A stretch of DNA of 64,000 nt from Pseudogymnoascus verrucosus (lineage: Eukaryota), in the NCBI GenBank assembly GCA_001662655.1, contig KV460270.1. One strand, given 5' to 3'. Under the pieces are notes generated by a model. The model had not been told where the DNA came from. It ran no database searches and saw nothing but the letters and a program-made list of their open reading frames with translations. The translations under genes and the position numbers were made by a program. Shown here one piece after another: positions 1 through 11,932 of the stretch (positions within the stretch are counted from its first letter, which is position 1; each line of letters opens with the position of its first letter).

Positions 1-498
1 AAGGAGAGATCGGTCTCGGGGGTTGGTGGCGATTGGGGTTGTAGTTTTGTTGTAGGGGGTGGGCTGGTTGGTTGGGTGTTTTGAAGGGCGTGGGTTTTTG
101 CGTTGAAGGGAGTGAGATCTTGTTTTGAAGGGAGTGATGAATTGCTCCTACAGCGTTGCGAATTTGTCGGAAGAGGTTGGATGGGATGGATATCCGGCCA
201 ACAGCGGCGTTGAGAAGCGCTTCGAGTTGATCAATGCAATTTCTTCTTTTTGAATGGCGCCTTTGGAGTCTCTTCTTTGGAATTGCCTCGTTCGAAGGCT
301 TCTCTCCAGGTCTTCGAAAGGCCCCTGAAGCAAATATCCTCGTGATTATCCCTTCCACCCCCTAGTCTTGCACATGAAAGCATACAAACCCAGAGTAATT
401 AGCATCATATTGAATAGTATACATCTCGTTAGACTTCATACAAGGTATCCGTACCCCACTCCCCATCCTCCACATCACACTTCACCACCCACAATCCC

Positions 499-1671
499 CT
501 ACCTCACCCCCGCCCCCACCCCCGGAAAACTCCTCGCCGTCAACAACACCCCCTTCACCGCCCTAATCTCCCTCTTCACCCGCCCAATCTCATCATCTTC
601 ATCCCTCTTCGCGCCAAACGCCGACCCGGCCCCATACGAGAACGTCGGCGGACTATACATCAACGAATCCAAGTACTTCTTCAGATCCTCAATCCCATCC
701 TGCAAGTTACTCGACTCCCTCAGCTCCGACGCAATCGTCAAATCGACGTCCGACAATATCGCCCCGATATTCGCTGCTTTTTTCGCTTGAGCCTCTGCTA
801 CTGAGATCTTCTCCTCCTGAGAGGGGGAGGAGGGGCGAGAAGGTGGGGGGGACGTCTGAACCCCGATGTCGCGGTGGAACATCTCCGTCGGGTCGCCGTC
901 GGAGTCCACATCTTCCCTATCCTCGTAGCGCTCCCCCTGTGCGAGTACAGGTTGCGGAACCTCAGAGACGAGAGGCGTCAGCTTGCCAATCAGGGTGTCC
1001 AGATGCGCTTGTGCGGCTGCGGCGAGCTCGTGCCGGGAGTCGGAGAGCGCGGCGGACATGGGGGCGACGAGGTAGGTGGAGGTGCCGTAGAGGAGGGCGG
1101 AGAGGCCGCCGAAGAGGTAGAGGGTTTTGAGGAGGCGGGAGGCGGTGATGAGGGGGGGTGGGGAGGTGGGCGTGGTGAGGAATTCGGGGTAGGTTATTAT
1201 GGGGGGGCTGTCGCGGTAGGGTTGGGCGGGGGTTTGGGGTTGCGGTGCTTGTGGTTGTGGAGGTGGTGGTGTGGTGGATGTGACTGGTTGGGGGAGTGGT
1301 GCTTGGGTTTTGGGCGAGGCCTGTATTGAGTCAGTTGTGTGGTTTCCGGCTTGGGGGTTTGGAAGTCCTACTTGGGATTCTAGGCTTGTAGCCTCCAGGT
1401 TACGGGTGATGCCCAGTAGCTGGTGTATTTCCTCGCTCGTCAATCCCTTGCCTTCCAAAAAGGCGACCTTCTTGTCTGTACTCGCATCCTTAACCTCATC
1501 TTCCTCCAGGAACTTCCGCGCATCCTCCAAGACGGACGACCTAGGCTTTACCTCAGGCGACGGCTGCTCCGAGGCTGGCTTCTCTTCAGTTGCGGGTTTA
1601 GGATCTGAAGCTTCCGGCTTCATCTGCCATGAAGGCACGCCTCCTTTTGGTTTCGTCTCGCTATCACTCAT
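499..1671 (-). CDS. Peroxin Pex14/17 (Pex33)-like peroxisomal docking protein
   Basis: N-terminal Pex14_N motif (ARKFLEEDEVKDASTDKKVAFLEGKGLTSEEIHQLL), hydrophobic segment TLYLFGGLSALLYGT, C-terminal coiled coil ending IRAVKGVLLTARSFP. Probable in-frame 51-nt intron at 1321-1371. Confidence 0.8.
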   Translation of the reverse strand: MSDSETKPKGGVPSWQMKPEASDPKPATEEKPASEQPSPEVKPRSSVLEDARKFLEEDEVKDASTDKKVAFLEGKGLTSEEIHQLLGITRNLEATSLESQVGLPNPQAGNHTTDSIQASPKTQAPLPQPVTSTTPPPPQPQAPQPQTPAQPYRDSPPIITYPEFLTTPTSPPPLITASRLLKTLYLFGGLSALLYGTSTYLVAPMSAALSDSRHELAAAAQAHLDTLIGKLTPLVSEVPQPVLAQGERYEDREDVDSDGDPTEMFHRDIGVQTSPPPSRPSSPSQEEKISVAEAQAKKAANIGAILSDVDLTIASELRESSNLQDGIEDLKKYLDSLMYSPPTFSYGAGSAFGAKRDEDDEIGRVKREIRAVKGVLLTARSFPGVGAGVR

Positions 1672-2684
1672 TATGCTGTTTGCATTGATCGTTGCAAGAT
1701 CGCAAAGTTGTCAATGTGGTGCTGGGAGCCGGCGACATACCCAAAAGCTCACATGCCTCGGTTGATGATCGCTCCAGGTACTTTAGTTCGCTGATGTAAT
1801 CCGGGGTTGGAGCGAGGGAGAGATAAGTGCAACACGTGATGTGGCGCGTCGTCTGGAACATCTTGGGCTTTGGGAAGGGAGGTCACGGGAAATGTGTGGG
1901 AGTTCACGTTTTTGACATCACCAGCATCTCAATTCGCAACTCGAACGAGGTTAGATTTGGGGTTGATATATATATATATATTATCCTTTGGCTTTGGACG
2001 ATTGAAGTTTCCCTGTACGGTATACCATACCTTACGGGCTGCCGACATACTCGCGCATGTCATCCACCTGCAAGTAGGCGCTCTGAGGCCGAATAGAGTC
2101 TCCCGCCCAGAAAGAACGTATCACACCAGCATCCATCACCCAAACAGAAACAAAACCCTCATCGCCCGGGATCAAGTAAACAAATAACCTGTCCGAAATA
2201 CATAGGGGGACACGGGGAAACATCGTATTGAAACACGCACACGTGAGTCCGCGCATTTCCATTCGCTGTCAAGCAAGGATCCCATCCTCCCAGTGTGGTG
2301 TTCCAACAATCAATCAATCAATCAATCAATCCCCCATTCCTGCATCTTGTTTTGGTTGTGGCGCCAAATATGTTTGGGGCCGGGACCGAGTGCGACCACA
2401 GCCTGTTGTGTGTGTGTGGCCTTGCATGCGACTTGGAAGTAAGCCGTTTGCAAGGTAGTCCGCGTCTCTTTGACGACGTCTCGTGTGCGAGACCACGCAC
2501 GAACATGGATTCTGCGACTGTACAAAAGCTTTACAAGATCGCAAGTCGAAGCGGGTGAATTCATCGCGAACTTCCCAATTCCTGCCCTCCTTCTAAATCC
2601 ATATCCTGCACACAACATCATTTCAACACATTTCATTTCATCCTACACTTTACTTTAGTCCACTCCACTCCACCCATTCCCACA

Positions 2685-4064
2685 ATGACCGGCCGAAGCC
2701 GCCGCACCGCGGCCCTCAAAGCCCGCGAAGCAATCGCCGCTGACAGCACCTCAGATATTATGTCTCGCGTTCGCCGCGATCCAGACACCCATTCCAGTTC
2801 CCACTCCCGCGCCACGCTATCCCGCAACGACCCGCCATCCTCACCCTCCAACCCCTCCCTCCGCCTCACCGTCAAGATGCCCGTCAGCAAGCTGCGCGCC
2901 GCGACGGGTGGTGCGTCGTCGAGGGCTAGTGGCGGGAGGTCGAGTTCAGGTGGTGGGAGAGGCTTCGTGGGGGAGACGAGGGAGAGTACCAGGGCGAGGG
3001 GGGTGAAAAAGAGTTATGTGGTTGAGAGTGAGAGTGAGGAGGAGGATGAGGAGATGGAGGATTTGGGAGACGAGGAGGAGGAGGAGGATGCAGAGGGGGA
3101 GGAGGAAGATGATATGGATCTTGATGAGGATGCGGAGGGGGAGGAGGATGGGGATGATGATACGGAGATGGCGGGGTTGCCGCCGCCTACGCTGAAGATC
3201 GCGAAGCCGACGAAGGAGAAACATTCGATTACTGTTAAGACGGCGGGGAAGAAGGATGTTAGGGTCGTGGCTACGACGGAGCCGAGCGATGATGAGGAGT
3301 TGAGCGATCTGGAGAGCGAGGTGGAGGAGGATGAGGAGACGATGCAGGTTGGTAATGATGAGGATGCTGAGGGGGAGGATGAGGAGATCGAGGTGGAGGT
3401 GGAGGAGGAGGAGGAGGAGGAAGAAGAAGATGAGCTTGATAGCGACGAGGAGGGCGGTGGGGGGAGCAGAGGTTCAACGCCTGATCTCAGCAAATTGACG
3501 AAGAGACAGCGGGCGAGGCTCGATGAGAGCGGGAGTGGACATCTCATGGCTCTACCTGATGGTTCGTTCCCCCATTCTTACTCCTACTCCTTTGCTACGT
3601 AGTGCAATGTACTAACACCATCACAGAGGTACAAGTCAAAAAACACCTCACAGCCGAAGAACATGCCATGCGCCGTGCCGAAATGGCACGTCGCCGCAAG
3701 AACCTCAGCGAGAAGCGTAACGAGGAAGAAAAGGTACTTATCCCTCCCCTCCCCTCCCCATCTTCTCCCTCCCCCTCTTTCCTCACCCCTCCCCTTTCTC
3801 CTCTTCTAACGTATACACACACAGATGGAAACCATCAACAAACTTCTCAAAAAACAAGCCCCCAAAACCAACGCCCGCCGCCGCGACCTGAACGGTCTCA
3901 CGGGCGAAATCGGTCCCGACGGCGAGCCTGGGAAACCAAACTCAGCGTACGTGCGCTGGATAAGTAGTAAAGAGGGGAATCGGATTTGTGTACCGACTGA
4001 GATGGTGGAGGGGCCGTTGGGGGGGGTGTTTGGTGGGGGGAGGGGGGTGGAGGAGGTTGTTTAG
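2685..4064 (+). CDS. IES2: INO80 complex subunit Ies2 (PAPA-1 domain)
   Basis: Acidic central region, LTKRQRA, HLTAEEHAMRRAEMARRRKNLSEKRNEEEK-METINKLLKKQAPK, and YVRWISSKEG. Introns at 3562-3626 and 3734-3824 join three ORF-track pieces in frame. Confidence 0.9.
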
Positions 4065-4416
4065 GGGGGGGGTTGTTGCTTTGGGAAGTTGGAGTCTGTT
4101 GGCACTGCTGGGGTTTGGTTTTACTAAAGTAGAAGAAAGCTGGCTGTGCTTGTAGCAAGAATTCATGTTGTTGTGTGTTTTTTTTTGAAAGAGTACCAAG
4201 AGTACAGAGTTACATAAACCGCTCCAAATCCCCCCTGCCTCCTCATTATTCACGTTTCTTTAGTAATTACACTTCCTCCGGAAGTCTGGACTTATTCCCT
4301 TCCCTTCCCCTTCCTTCCCCCCTGGATATCCCCCCTCCCAAAACGCCAATCCCGAAAATTCCCCCATTCAATCCTCCCAAAAACAAAGCCCTCGCACCCT
4401 GTTTTTCATCAACACC

Positions 4417-5950
4417 TCACATTCCCCCCCTCGCCTCCAACTCCGCCACCATCCCCCTCAACCCCTCATTCCTCCTCACCAGCTCCTCAAGCCAATCCGC
4501 AGCCATAATCAACACAGCACTCTTACTAAACCCTCCCCCCCTCAATTCGGGCACCAACTCATTCAAATCCTCAAACCCCTCCTTAATCAGCGTCCTCCTC
4601 TTCTGCTCACTCTTAATATGATTCTCCCTCTTCTGATCCTCCGTCAGATTCTCCCTCGCCATCTTAGGCGTCGCCAACGACGCCCCTCCAGTGGTGGGTT
4701 TTAGTCGCTTGTGGAGGGGGGGGGAGGCGCGGTTAGGTGTGTCGCTGCCGGTGGGGGTGCCGAAGGATTTCGGGCGGCGCTTGCGCGGGATCTTGGTGTT
4801 GGGTGTTTGTGATTGCGATTGCGATTGTGCCAGCTCGAGGGCGTCGGATTCGTAAACGCCTTCTTTGCCCTTATTCTTCTTCCGCTTCTTCGGCCTCTCG
4901 CTCCCGTCCTCATTAACGTCGTCGCGCGGGGCACCCTCGGAAATCATCTCCAGCCTCCTCTCACCCGCCTGCGGGATCCGCGAGCCCGTCGGGCTGGAGG
5001 CGCGGGTGCTGACATTACTCCCCGGTTGCAGGCACTCTAGTGTACTAATGATGTTCTCGTCGATCTCATCAAGTGTAATCGTGTTTGGGGGCGCGACGAA
5101 GCGGCGCCCGGTGTTGAAGCCGGAGTCGGAACCCCATTTGATCTCGACTTTCTTCTTGTTGAGGGCGTGGGGGGCGTAGGAGGTGGGGGCGGGAGCGTAC
5201 ATGGCTTCGCTCATGGAGGCGTGGCGGATGTAGTCTTCGGGGCGGTTGGACATTTTGCGCTGGGTTGGGGCGGGGGCTTGCTGCTGCTGCTGCTCGGGTT
5301 TTATCATGCCGTTGCCGTGGGTGTTGAAGGGGGGGCTCATGTGTTCGGTGCGCGAGGCGGGGGCCATGAAGGCGTTGCTGTGGTGGCCGTTTAGGTGGGT
5401 GTTTTGGTGGGGGGGTTGGTGGTTGTTGTTTTGGTGGTTGTTGTGGTTATTATTGCCGTTTCGTAGTGCAGATATCATATCTTCTGATGGACTTAATTGT
5501 TCGGGGAGGAATCCAAGACTGTTTCTGAATTCGGGGAAGGTGAGGTGCTGGACGTCGTTCGTGACGGGTTCCATTTGGGGCCCGAATGAGGAGGTGGTCC
5601 CGAGGAAGTCGGGGGGGAGGTCTTGCCAGTCATAGTTCCACGCATCGTTCGGGTCGTTGATGAGGTACTGGTCGGAGCTCACTCCGTCGAAGAAGCTGTC
5701 GAGGAAGCGCGTGTCGGTGTCATCGAGTAATGACGGACCCGGCGCAAGAGGCGGGGGGGAGGGTAAGCGGTATAAGGAGTTTGAGGAATCGACGGAGTCT
5801 GCGCAAACGTGTCAGTAAAAGCCCTTGCAACGGTTCTTCTTTCCTCCAACACAACACAACACAGCAGCGGTCTCATGAGTGGGAGAGAAACATACAGCCA
5901 AATAGCATGTGGTGCGGCAGCTTCGACATGGGGCGTTGGACGGCGAGCAT
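4417..5950 (-). CDS. bHLH(-zip) transcription factor, Ino2/Ino4/Mlx-like
   Basis: C-terminal bHLH RENHIKSEQKRRTLIKEGFEDLNELVPELRGGGFSKSAVLIMAADWL. ATG at 5950 (or 5929) with an intron at 5799-5895 (GTATGT..ACTGAC..CAG) extends the ORF-track frame through PLAPGPSLLDDTDTRFLDSFF. Confidence 0.85.
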
Positions 5951-6771
5951 GGGCGCCAACCTTCACGATCCTGGAGGGGTGGGTGTCGAAGACACAGGTT
6001 GCGGTCGTCGTGAGAAGACGCAAAGCGGCGGAGGAGGGAAGTATGGTGGCCGTCGTTACAGTCACCAAGGCACGACCCTCGAGGTCAGAAACCTGAAGTA
6101 GAAATAGAAGTAAGAGCGAATCGAGGTTGCTACAGAAGATGATGCTCTCTGTTTTCGGTTTCGGGCAATATGAGGCGGGAAAGTTCGGCTCAATAGAATC
6201 GAGATGTTTGTTTTGTGGGGATGAAGGAGGATAAATTGATGAGAAGAGGACAATATGAGCGAGGGTATGTCCTTGTCCTTGTCCTTGTTGTTGTTGAAGA
6301 GTGCGATGCCGGGGGGTTTTGTTGTATGTTTGTATGGTTGTATGCTGGATAGCGTGCGTACGGGATATGAAGTACGTATAGTTTGGAGGAGTTGCGGGTA
6401 AGACACTAAGATAATGATCCTGAACCTGTGGGATCAATCGGGAGGGGTGTTTTAGAAAGGAGGCGGAGAAGAGCGGAGGGTAGGGAGGGTAGGGAGGGTA
6501 GAATAGTGGAGTGTGGGGATAGAGTATGGTACCGGCTGAGGATGAGACGAAGAAGGAGGAGGAGGAGATGGATGGAGGTGGCTCAGGTGGATGGGAAGTG
6601 GAGGAGATCGGAGGGAGAACCCCGGCAAAGTCTCGCAAAGTCGATGAATCCCTATGAACGGTGAGCTTTGCCCAGCTGCAGTTCTTCCATACACGGGACT
6701 AGAGTAGACTAAACTAGTTTTGGGTCTAGCGGGTAAACTAGAAACTGCCCTCATTCACATGCAAATTCATG

Positions 6772-7258
6772 CCTTTAACCAGAGGGAAATTATGGGTAAT
6801 GCCCCGTTGTAGGCTATGCTAACCTTAATTCTCAGGGCGAAACATATTTTTGGGATGGTTTATGCCTTAATTGTAGCGGAGGTGTTTTAGTGATGGTTTG
6901 CTGCCTTAATTGTAGGGGAAACATATTCTGACGTAGTTTATGCCTTGGTTATAGGGGATATATTTAGACATGTTTAGAGATAGTTCGCTGCCTTGACTGT
7001 AAGGGACACCACAAATACCATACCAACAGAAACGTTTGCTGCCTTAATTATAGGTGACATGTTTAGAGACGATTCTAACCTTAATTTTCAGGGAAACATA
7101 TTTAGAGATAGTTCGCTAGCCTTAATTGTCAGGGAGACCGTATAGATGATTCTAACCTTAAATTTCAGGGAAATATATTTATACATAGTTTGTGCCTTAA
7201 TTATAGGGAACGTATTCGTAGATTATTCATAGATAATTCGCTGCCTTAATTCTCAGGT
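6772..7258. repeat. Degenerate tandem array, 12 units of 36-51 bp, core CCTTAATT(N2-3)AGGG
   Basis: Core starts at 6772, 6823, 6865, 6904, 6943, 6991, 7042, 7079, 7120, 7156, 7195 and 7244. Linkers share motifs such as AAACATATTT and TTTAGAGATAGTTCGCT. Confidence 0.9.
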
Positions 7259-7325
7259 ATAAATACGCCGCTTTTATGTTTTGTGGGGGATAGCTAACAC
7301 GACCATAAAGCGGCATATACTTTAG

Positions 7326-7350
7326 TCGCGTCAACCGAACCTCGACGCGT
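7326..7350. promoter_or_regulatory. MCB-like elements upstream of MMS22
   Basis: TCGCGT at 7326-7331 and a perfect ACGCGT at 7345-7350, about 100 bp before the ATG of a replication-stress gene. Confidence 0.5.
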
Positions 7351-7441
7351 CCTCCAGAATCTAAAGATTCCCAAAAATTAACGTTGCCCCATGAATATGT
7401 CTGGCACATGTCCTCAAATAGGGCCACGATGAAGCCCGGCA

Positions 7442-10400
7442 ATGACGACTACTTGGAAGGAAATAGGGGTTGTGCCCGACTCGGATGAAGAGGACGACTC
7501 TCTGGACTCGCAAACCACGCTGAATCCCGAGCAACATGACGATATCGATGCAATACCTGACGTGCATCCGACCCTACTTCGTGTTGAGGCCAAGACAGAA
7601 GCTACATCTACAGAAGACAGATTAGAGGAGCAGCCGGATTGTTCCCAGACGAATGCGATCTCCCAGGAGCTCGTAACTGGAGACCTACCACCGGAAATAC
7701 GGTCTGGAACACAACCGCAGAATGGCAACTCTCCAAACCTGTTGGCCAGCGCCGGTCCCAAGCAGGGCCCTCAAGCGCAGTCTAGCCCGGTACTGGCAGC
7801 GGTGAGGCAAACCACCCCTGGCCCAGTAGAAGGCACAACCCAAGACGAGGTATCTCGAAGCTATGTTGGCCTGTTGTCATCGCCCACCTCAAGCCTCTCT
7901 TCGCTTGGTACAACACCGTCGCAAAGCCCTTACAGATCCAACATCCTGCCACCAGGCAATGGAGAACAGTCCGAGGCGTCCCATACGGTGCCGACTCTGT
8001 CCTTCGAGGAAATCACGGACCAAGGAATTCCGATCTTCGCCAATGCTAATAATTTTGAATCGGCTCATCGACGCTCTTTTCGACCACGAACGGAGATACA
8101 ATTGCACCCCTATCTTTTGGACAGCGAGCGTCATCGCAGGGACTTTATGGCCCGAGGACTACAACCCATGCGGTTCATACCGGCCCAGCAGGTGACCAAA
8201 GGCGCACCTCAGAGTGGAGATTCTCAGGATACTGAGTTTGAAGTGGAGGAAGACAGTCAGAAAACCGGAGTCGAAGAAAGCTACGACGTTTTTGGCTCAA
8301 GCCAAAATTTGATGTCATCACCTGCACGTCCTCATAGATCTGCTGTTGAGGTTGATGATGGGCTACAGTCACTTCCGTCAAGCTTCAGGTCGGACGGGTT
8401 AGATTCAGACGACGTCGAACTCCCCGACATAAGCACTCTTATAGATCAAGCGCGTAGAGGCGTTGTTGGCACAAAAAAGATTGGCAATAGTAGTCGCAGA
8501 CGAACTCATGGTGCTGCCCATTCGCGGCAAAACGGTTCCCAACTGACGTCTAACGCATCCAAAAACCGCTTGCCAACAATAATCGACGTTTTTGATGTGC
8601 CTCAGTCGCCACCGATGACGAGCCCAGCTGTCCCATCACTCGTGGCCCGCGCTGGCGCCACAGAAGGAACGGTTTCAGAGCGTAGATCTGATATGTCTGC
8701 TGAATCTGCAGCTACCCGTGGCACCGTGCAGCATCGCCTAGGAGTTACTGATCTCCCGACACCAGCAACGAGTTCTGTCAGGCGTGCAAATGATCACTCT
8801 GATGAAATTTGTGTAATTGAAGATGACCCCTTCATATCAAGCAGTGAAGGAGAGGCACCTCAATCGTCTCCGCCAAAAGAGCCCACTAGGGTACGAAAGC
8901 TGCTCAGAGGAGTACTTCCTGCGTCGCATATTCGTGTTAATCCACAAACTCGGGGGATTCAACAAAATGCGCCTAGAACAGCAGCCAGGGACAGCTTCAA
9001 TCATTCTCCACTCCTGCCTGAAATCCGACGAGGAATAGCCTTGCCGAGGGTAGCTGATGAAATGACGGCCTCAGCTCCTGCTAATCCAAGAACGGGGCTG
9101 GGATTCCTCTCCGACGAGTCCGACGAGGAAGACTTTGGAAGCCATGGAATTGTCAAAGAGTCCGGTCAAGATTCCCAGTCGATTTTTACTCAGTCGGATT
9201 TTGGATTCGCGACTGAGGACAATGCAATTGACCCGATGATTGTACCAAAGAAGCGCCAAAGAACCCTCTTTTCTGACACTGGGAATCGAAAGAAAAGAAG
9301 GGTTGTCACTTCTCTATTTAGGCCCACACATGGTACACCCTCTTACCAACCAAGAATCTCGGAATTGCTTCCAGATCCATCTGGCTCACCCGTTCCCACA
9401 CAGCGGAGCGCAGCTAGCAGGTCTAATGGGCCATCATTAGCTCAAGAAGTTTTGGCAAAGATTACTTCTCGATCAAGACCTTCGCCGCGCAAGATCCAAG
9501 AGGTCATGCCTAATTTTAGTGAGCCTGTCGCGTATCAACCAAGGTTCATTCGGATTGCTGCTCGTAGTGCCGGATCCAGGCATGCGCTTGGAAGACAGGG
9601 GCCAGTCAGAAAGTTTGTACGGCTCGATAATCGCGAAGATACTATTGAAGCACAGACTGTCCTGCGAGAATGGAGAGGAAGACCTGCGAAACACCGAACA
9701 CAATCCTTTACGCCCAGGTCACCCCTGCGTGTTATCTCCGAGGAATCCAGAAATCAAAGGAGCCTCTCGTCGAATAACTCCAAGCTACCAGCGGTTAGCC
9801 ACACAACAAGACGCCCTAGCAATTACCCAAAAGTTCGCGTCACAAATCACCAAACGAAGATCTCCTGGGCATCTACCAGCCCACAGATAGAGCCGCGTGT
9901 GAGGTTGGGGAATAACAAACGCAGAAAACAATACTCTACAAGGCCGACTTCCAATCGTGCCCCTCGTTCGGCGCCGCAGCCAAGATCAGCGCAACTTGAA
10001 ATATCCGAGGCTGACTATAGTAATCGTGATCGTCGGTCGGCTTTTGGATCCACGAAACGAAATTTAGACAGGTCGTACGAAAGATATCAGAATGGCTCTG
10101 CTACAGAAAATCACATACCTCTCGCCAGGTTTCTGGCCAATGAAGGTTTTGTTGGCAGTAGGAGTGGAACTTCAGAGCCAGAAACTGGAAGTCGGGATGG
10201 GGAGAGAATAATAAATGTTGTCGACAAAGGCATTCCGCAAGCTCGCCGCCAAAGGAAACGCACTCCTAAACAACTCGATGCCACTGCGGCGAGATTTCGG
10301 CAGCCAGATAAGCCTATGCTTATTGCTCCAATCGAAACACCGACCCCGTCTAAGGCTGTACATGATTATGGTGGCAAGTTATACGGACTTGGCGGCGCTG

Positions 10401-11932
10401 ATACCGATTATCCCATCGATTTTGATATCTTCCCTCTAAGATCAGGAGTATATTTTCACGAATCTACGTTCATCGGACAAGGAAAACTTGCCAAGGCCAT
10501 TGGGACCGAATCCTCTAAGTATTATGGCCATCCCAGAGGCTATGCTTCAGCTCAGTTTGGCACGCAACACGTGAAGTGGGACGTGTGGGATGCCAATGTG
10601 TCGTCGGAAATCGGTATATACTTCGACTGGATTGTCAGTCGACTGAATTCATTCGGCACGGCCTCTCTGAACGGAGTGAAGAGCGACGTGGAAGAAGATA
10701 CGGTCCGGTGCATGCTATTCATGATAGACTATTTCCAGAACACCCTGGCTTTTGAAAGTCGCGAAGAGCAGGATCTGTGTCTACAGAGGATGACCGAAGT
10801 CATGGAACGACTCACGCAATGCCTCGAGGTACTCGTGAGCAACCTGGATTTCCGAGATGACTTCAATAATCGTCGGATCATGGATTTGTCTGTTTTTGGG
10901 GTTGTTCTTATATTCCAGACGCTTCGGATGTCGGCAACACACGGTGGCAATGTAAGTCAACGCACCACTGGCCAGCTGGAAGCTTTGCTGCAAAGAACTG
11001 CCACCACTTCTGTGAAGTTGCTCTTTATTGTTGGGTTGTCGTCGGTACAAAGCCTATATGACGACCTCCAGTATCTGGCATCGCGCGAAGCAGGTATCAA
11101 AAGCTCCGAAAATCCTACTCAGGCGTGGGTGATACTCATGCATATCATGCATGCTGCTCGAATCCCACGCGTCACCTTTTGGGATGCTGTCAACTTGCAG
11201 TTGCTAGAAAATATAAGCATAGAAGGTGATGCCCGGGTACTCGAGAAAACATGGTACTCAGCATTTACACTCCTCCCACTCATGGAATTCAATGATCTCG
11301 GTGTCCTCATCACACGCTCGCGGTACCGCGCAACGGCAGAGAATTGGGCATTGCCCCAGAAGATAGCGAAGAGATTATTCGAGCTCTATGCGTCCGATAC
11401 AGAGCAACCCCCAAACTTCAACAAGTACTGTCGAGCGACATTTAGTCGATGCCATCACTTGATCCAGGTATGGGGCTGGCGTCGCTATGGTTCGATTGTG
11501 GGGACGTTCTTCGACTTCTTCGCGTCCCACGGCTTCTCGCATATCGGCAGCGAAATGGTGGGCACCTCGCCAGAATTCATCAATGACCTAGACGGCGCGC
11601 TCTCCTCAGCCATCGACTCCGAAGATCAATGTTTCCACATCTTTCTGAAGATAGTTCACTCAGCAATCAAGCAGTTGCGCGAGGCTGGCGACGCGAGGGA
11701 GATTCGGAATCTCGTCACGCGTCTACTGCCGAATCATGATCTGCAGTATCAGGAGGGGCCTGCGAAGGTGGCGAATACGACGGCGCTGAGGAATCATAGG
11801 GATTTGTTGTCGACTTTGTATTGGGCGGCGCCGGTGGAGGTGCAGTGTAGGATTAATATGATGTTGGGGCTGGTGAATCGGGAGATTTCTAAGATGGAGG
11901 CGTATTCGAGGAATGCTGCCAGGCGGGTGTAG
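7442..11932 (+). CDS. MMS22: Mus7/Mms22-family replication-fork repair protein (apparently C-terminally shortened)
   Basis: Intronless 1496-aa ORF with family motifs QLHPYLLD, FDIFPLRSGVYFHESTFIG, LEKTWYSAFTLLPL, FFDFFA, EDQCFHIFLK and RLLPNH..LRNHRDLLSTLYWAAP. Confidence 0.85.
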   Translation: MTTTWKEIGVVPDSDEEDDSLDSQTTLNPEQHDDIDAIPDVHPTLLRVEAKTEATSTEDRLEEQPDCSQTNAISQELVTGDLPPEIRSGTQPQNGNSPNLLASAGPKQGPQAQSSPVLAAVRQTTPGPVEGTTQDEVSRSYVGLLSSPTSSLSSLGTTPSQSPYRSNILPPGNGEQSEASHTVPTLSFEEITDQGIPIFANANNFESAHRRSFRPRTEIQLHPYLLDSERHRRDFMARGLQPMRFIPAQQVTKGAPQSGDSQDTEFEVEEDSQKTGVEESYDVFGSSQNLMSSPARPHRSAVEVDDGLQSLPSSFRSDGLDSDDVELPDISTLIDQARRGVVGTKKIGNSSRRRTHGAAHSRQNGSQLTSNASKNRLPTIIDVFDVPQSPPMTSPAVPSLVARAGATEGTVSERRSDMSAESAATRGTVQHRLGVTDLPTPATSSVRRANDHSDEICVIEDDPFISSSEGEAPQSSPPKEPTRVRKLLRGVLPASHIRVNPQTRGIQQNAPRTAARDSFNHSPLLPEIRRGIALPRVADEMTASAPANPRTGLGFLSDESDEEDFGSHGIVKESGQDSQSIFTQSDFGFATEDNAIDPMIVPKKRQRTLFSDTGNRKKRRVVTSLFRPTHGTPSYQPRISELLPDPSGSPVPTQRSAASRSNGPSLAQEVLAKITSRSRPSPRKIQEVMPNFSEPVAYQPRFIRIAARSAGSRHALGRQGPVRKFVRLDNREDTIEAQTVLREWRGRPAKHRTQSFTPRSPLRVISEESRNQRSLSSNNSKLPAVSHTTRRPSNYPKVRVTNHQTKISWASTSPQIEPRVRLGNNKRRKQYSTRPTSNRAPRSAPQPRSAQLEISEADYSNRDRRSAFGSTKRNLDRSYERYQNGSATENHIPLARFLANEGFVGSRSGTSEPETGSRDGERIINVVDKGIPQARRQRKRTPKQLDATAARFRQPDKPMLIAPIETPTPSKAVHDYGGKLYGLGGADTDYPIDFDIFPLRSGVYFHESTFIGQGKLAKAIGTESSKYYGHPRGYASAQFGTQHVKWDVWDANVSSEIGIYFDWIVSRLNSFGTASLNGVKSDVEEDTVRCMLFMIDYFQNTLAFESREEQDLCLQRMTEVMERLTQCLEVLVSNLDFRDDFNNRRIMDLSVFGVVLIFQTLRMSATHGGNVSQRTTGQLEALLQRTATTSVKLLFIVGLSSVQSLYDDLQYLASREAGIKSSENPTQAWVILMHIMHAARIPRVTFWDAVNLQLLENISIEGDARVLEKTWYSAFTLLPLMEFNDLGVLITRSRYRATAENWALPQKIAKRLFELYASDTEQPPNFNKYCRATFSRCHHLIQVWGWRRYGSIVGTFFDFFASHGFSHIGSEMVGTSPEFINDLDGALSSAIDSEDQCFHIFLKIVHSAIKQLREAGDAREIRNLVTRLLPNHDLQYQEGPAKVANTTALRNHRDLLSTLYWAAPVEVQCRINMMLGLVNREISKMEAYSRNAARRV

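Noticed and set aside
1..333. Possible 5' part of a minus-strand gene leaving the window
   Set aside because: No recognisable motif and no confident start; cannot be supported from this window.
5679..6638. 319-aa minus-strand ORF upstream of the bHLH gene
   Set aside because: Low complexity, non-ATG start, and runs through the bHLH intron and exons out of frame. Better explained as a pyrimidine-rich 5' leader.
6772..7258. CRISPR array interpretation of the repeat-linker pattern
   Set aside because: Eukaryotic context, a short degenerate core, linkers that resemble each other, and no cas genes.
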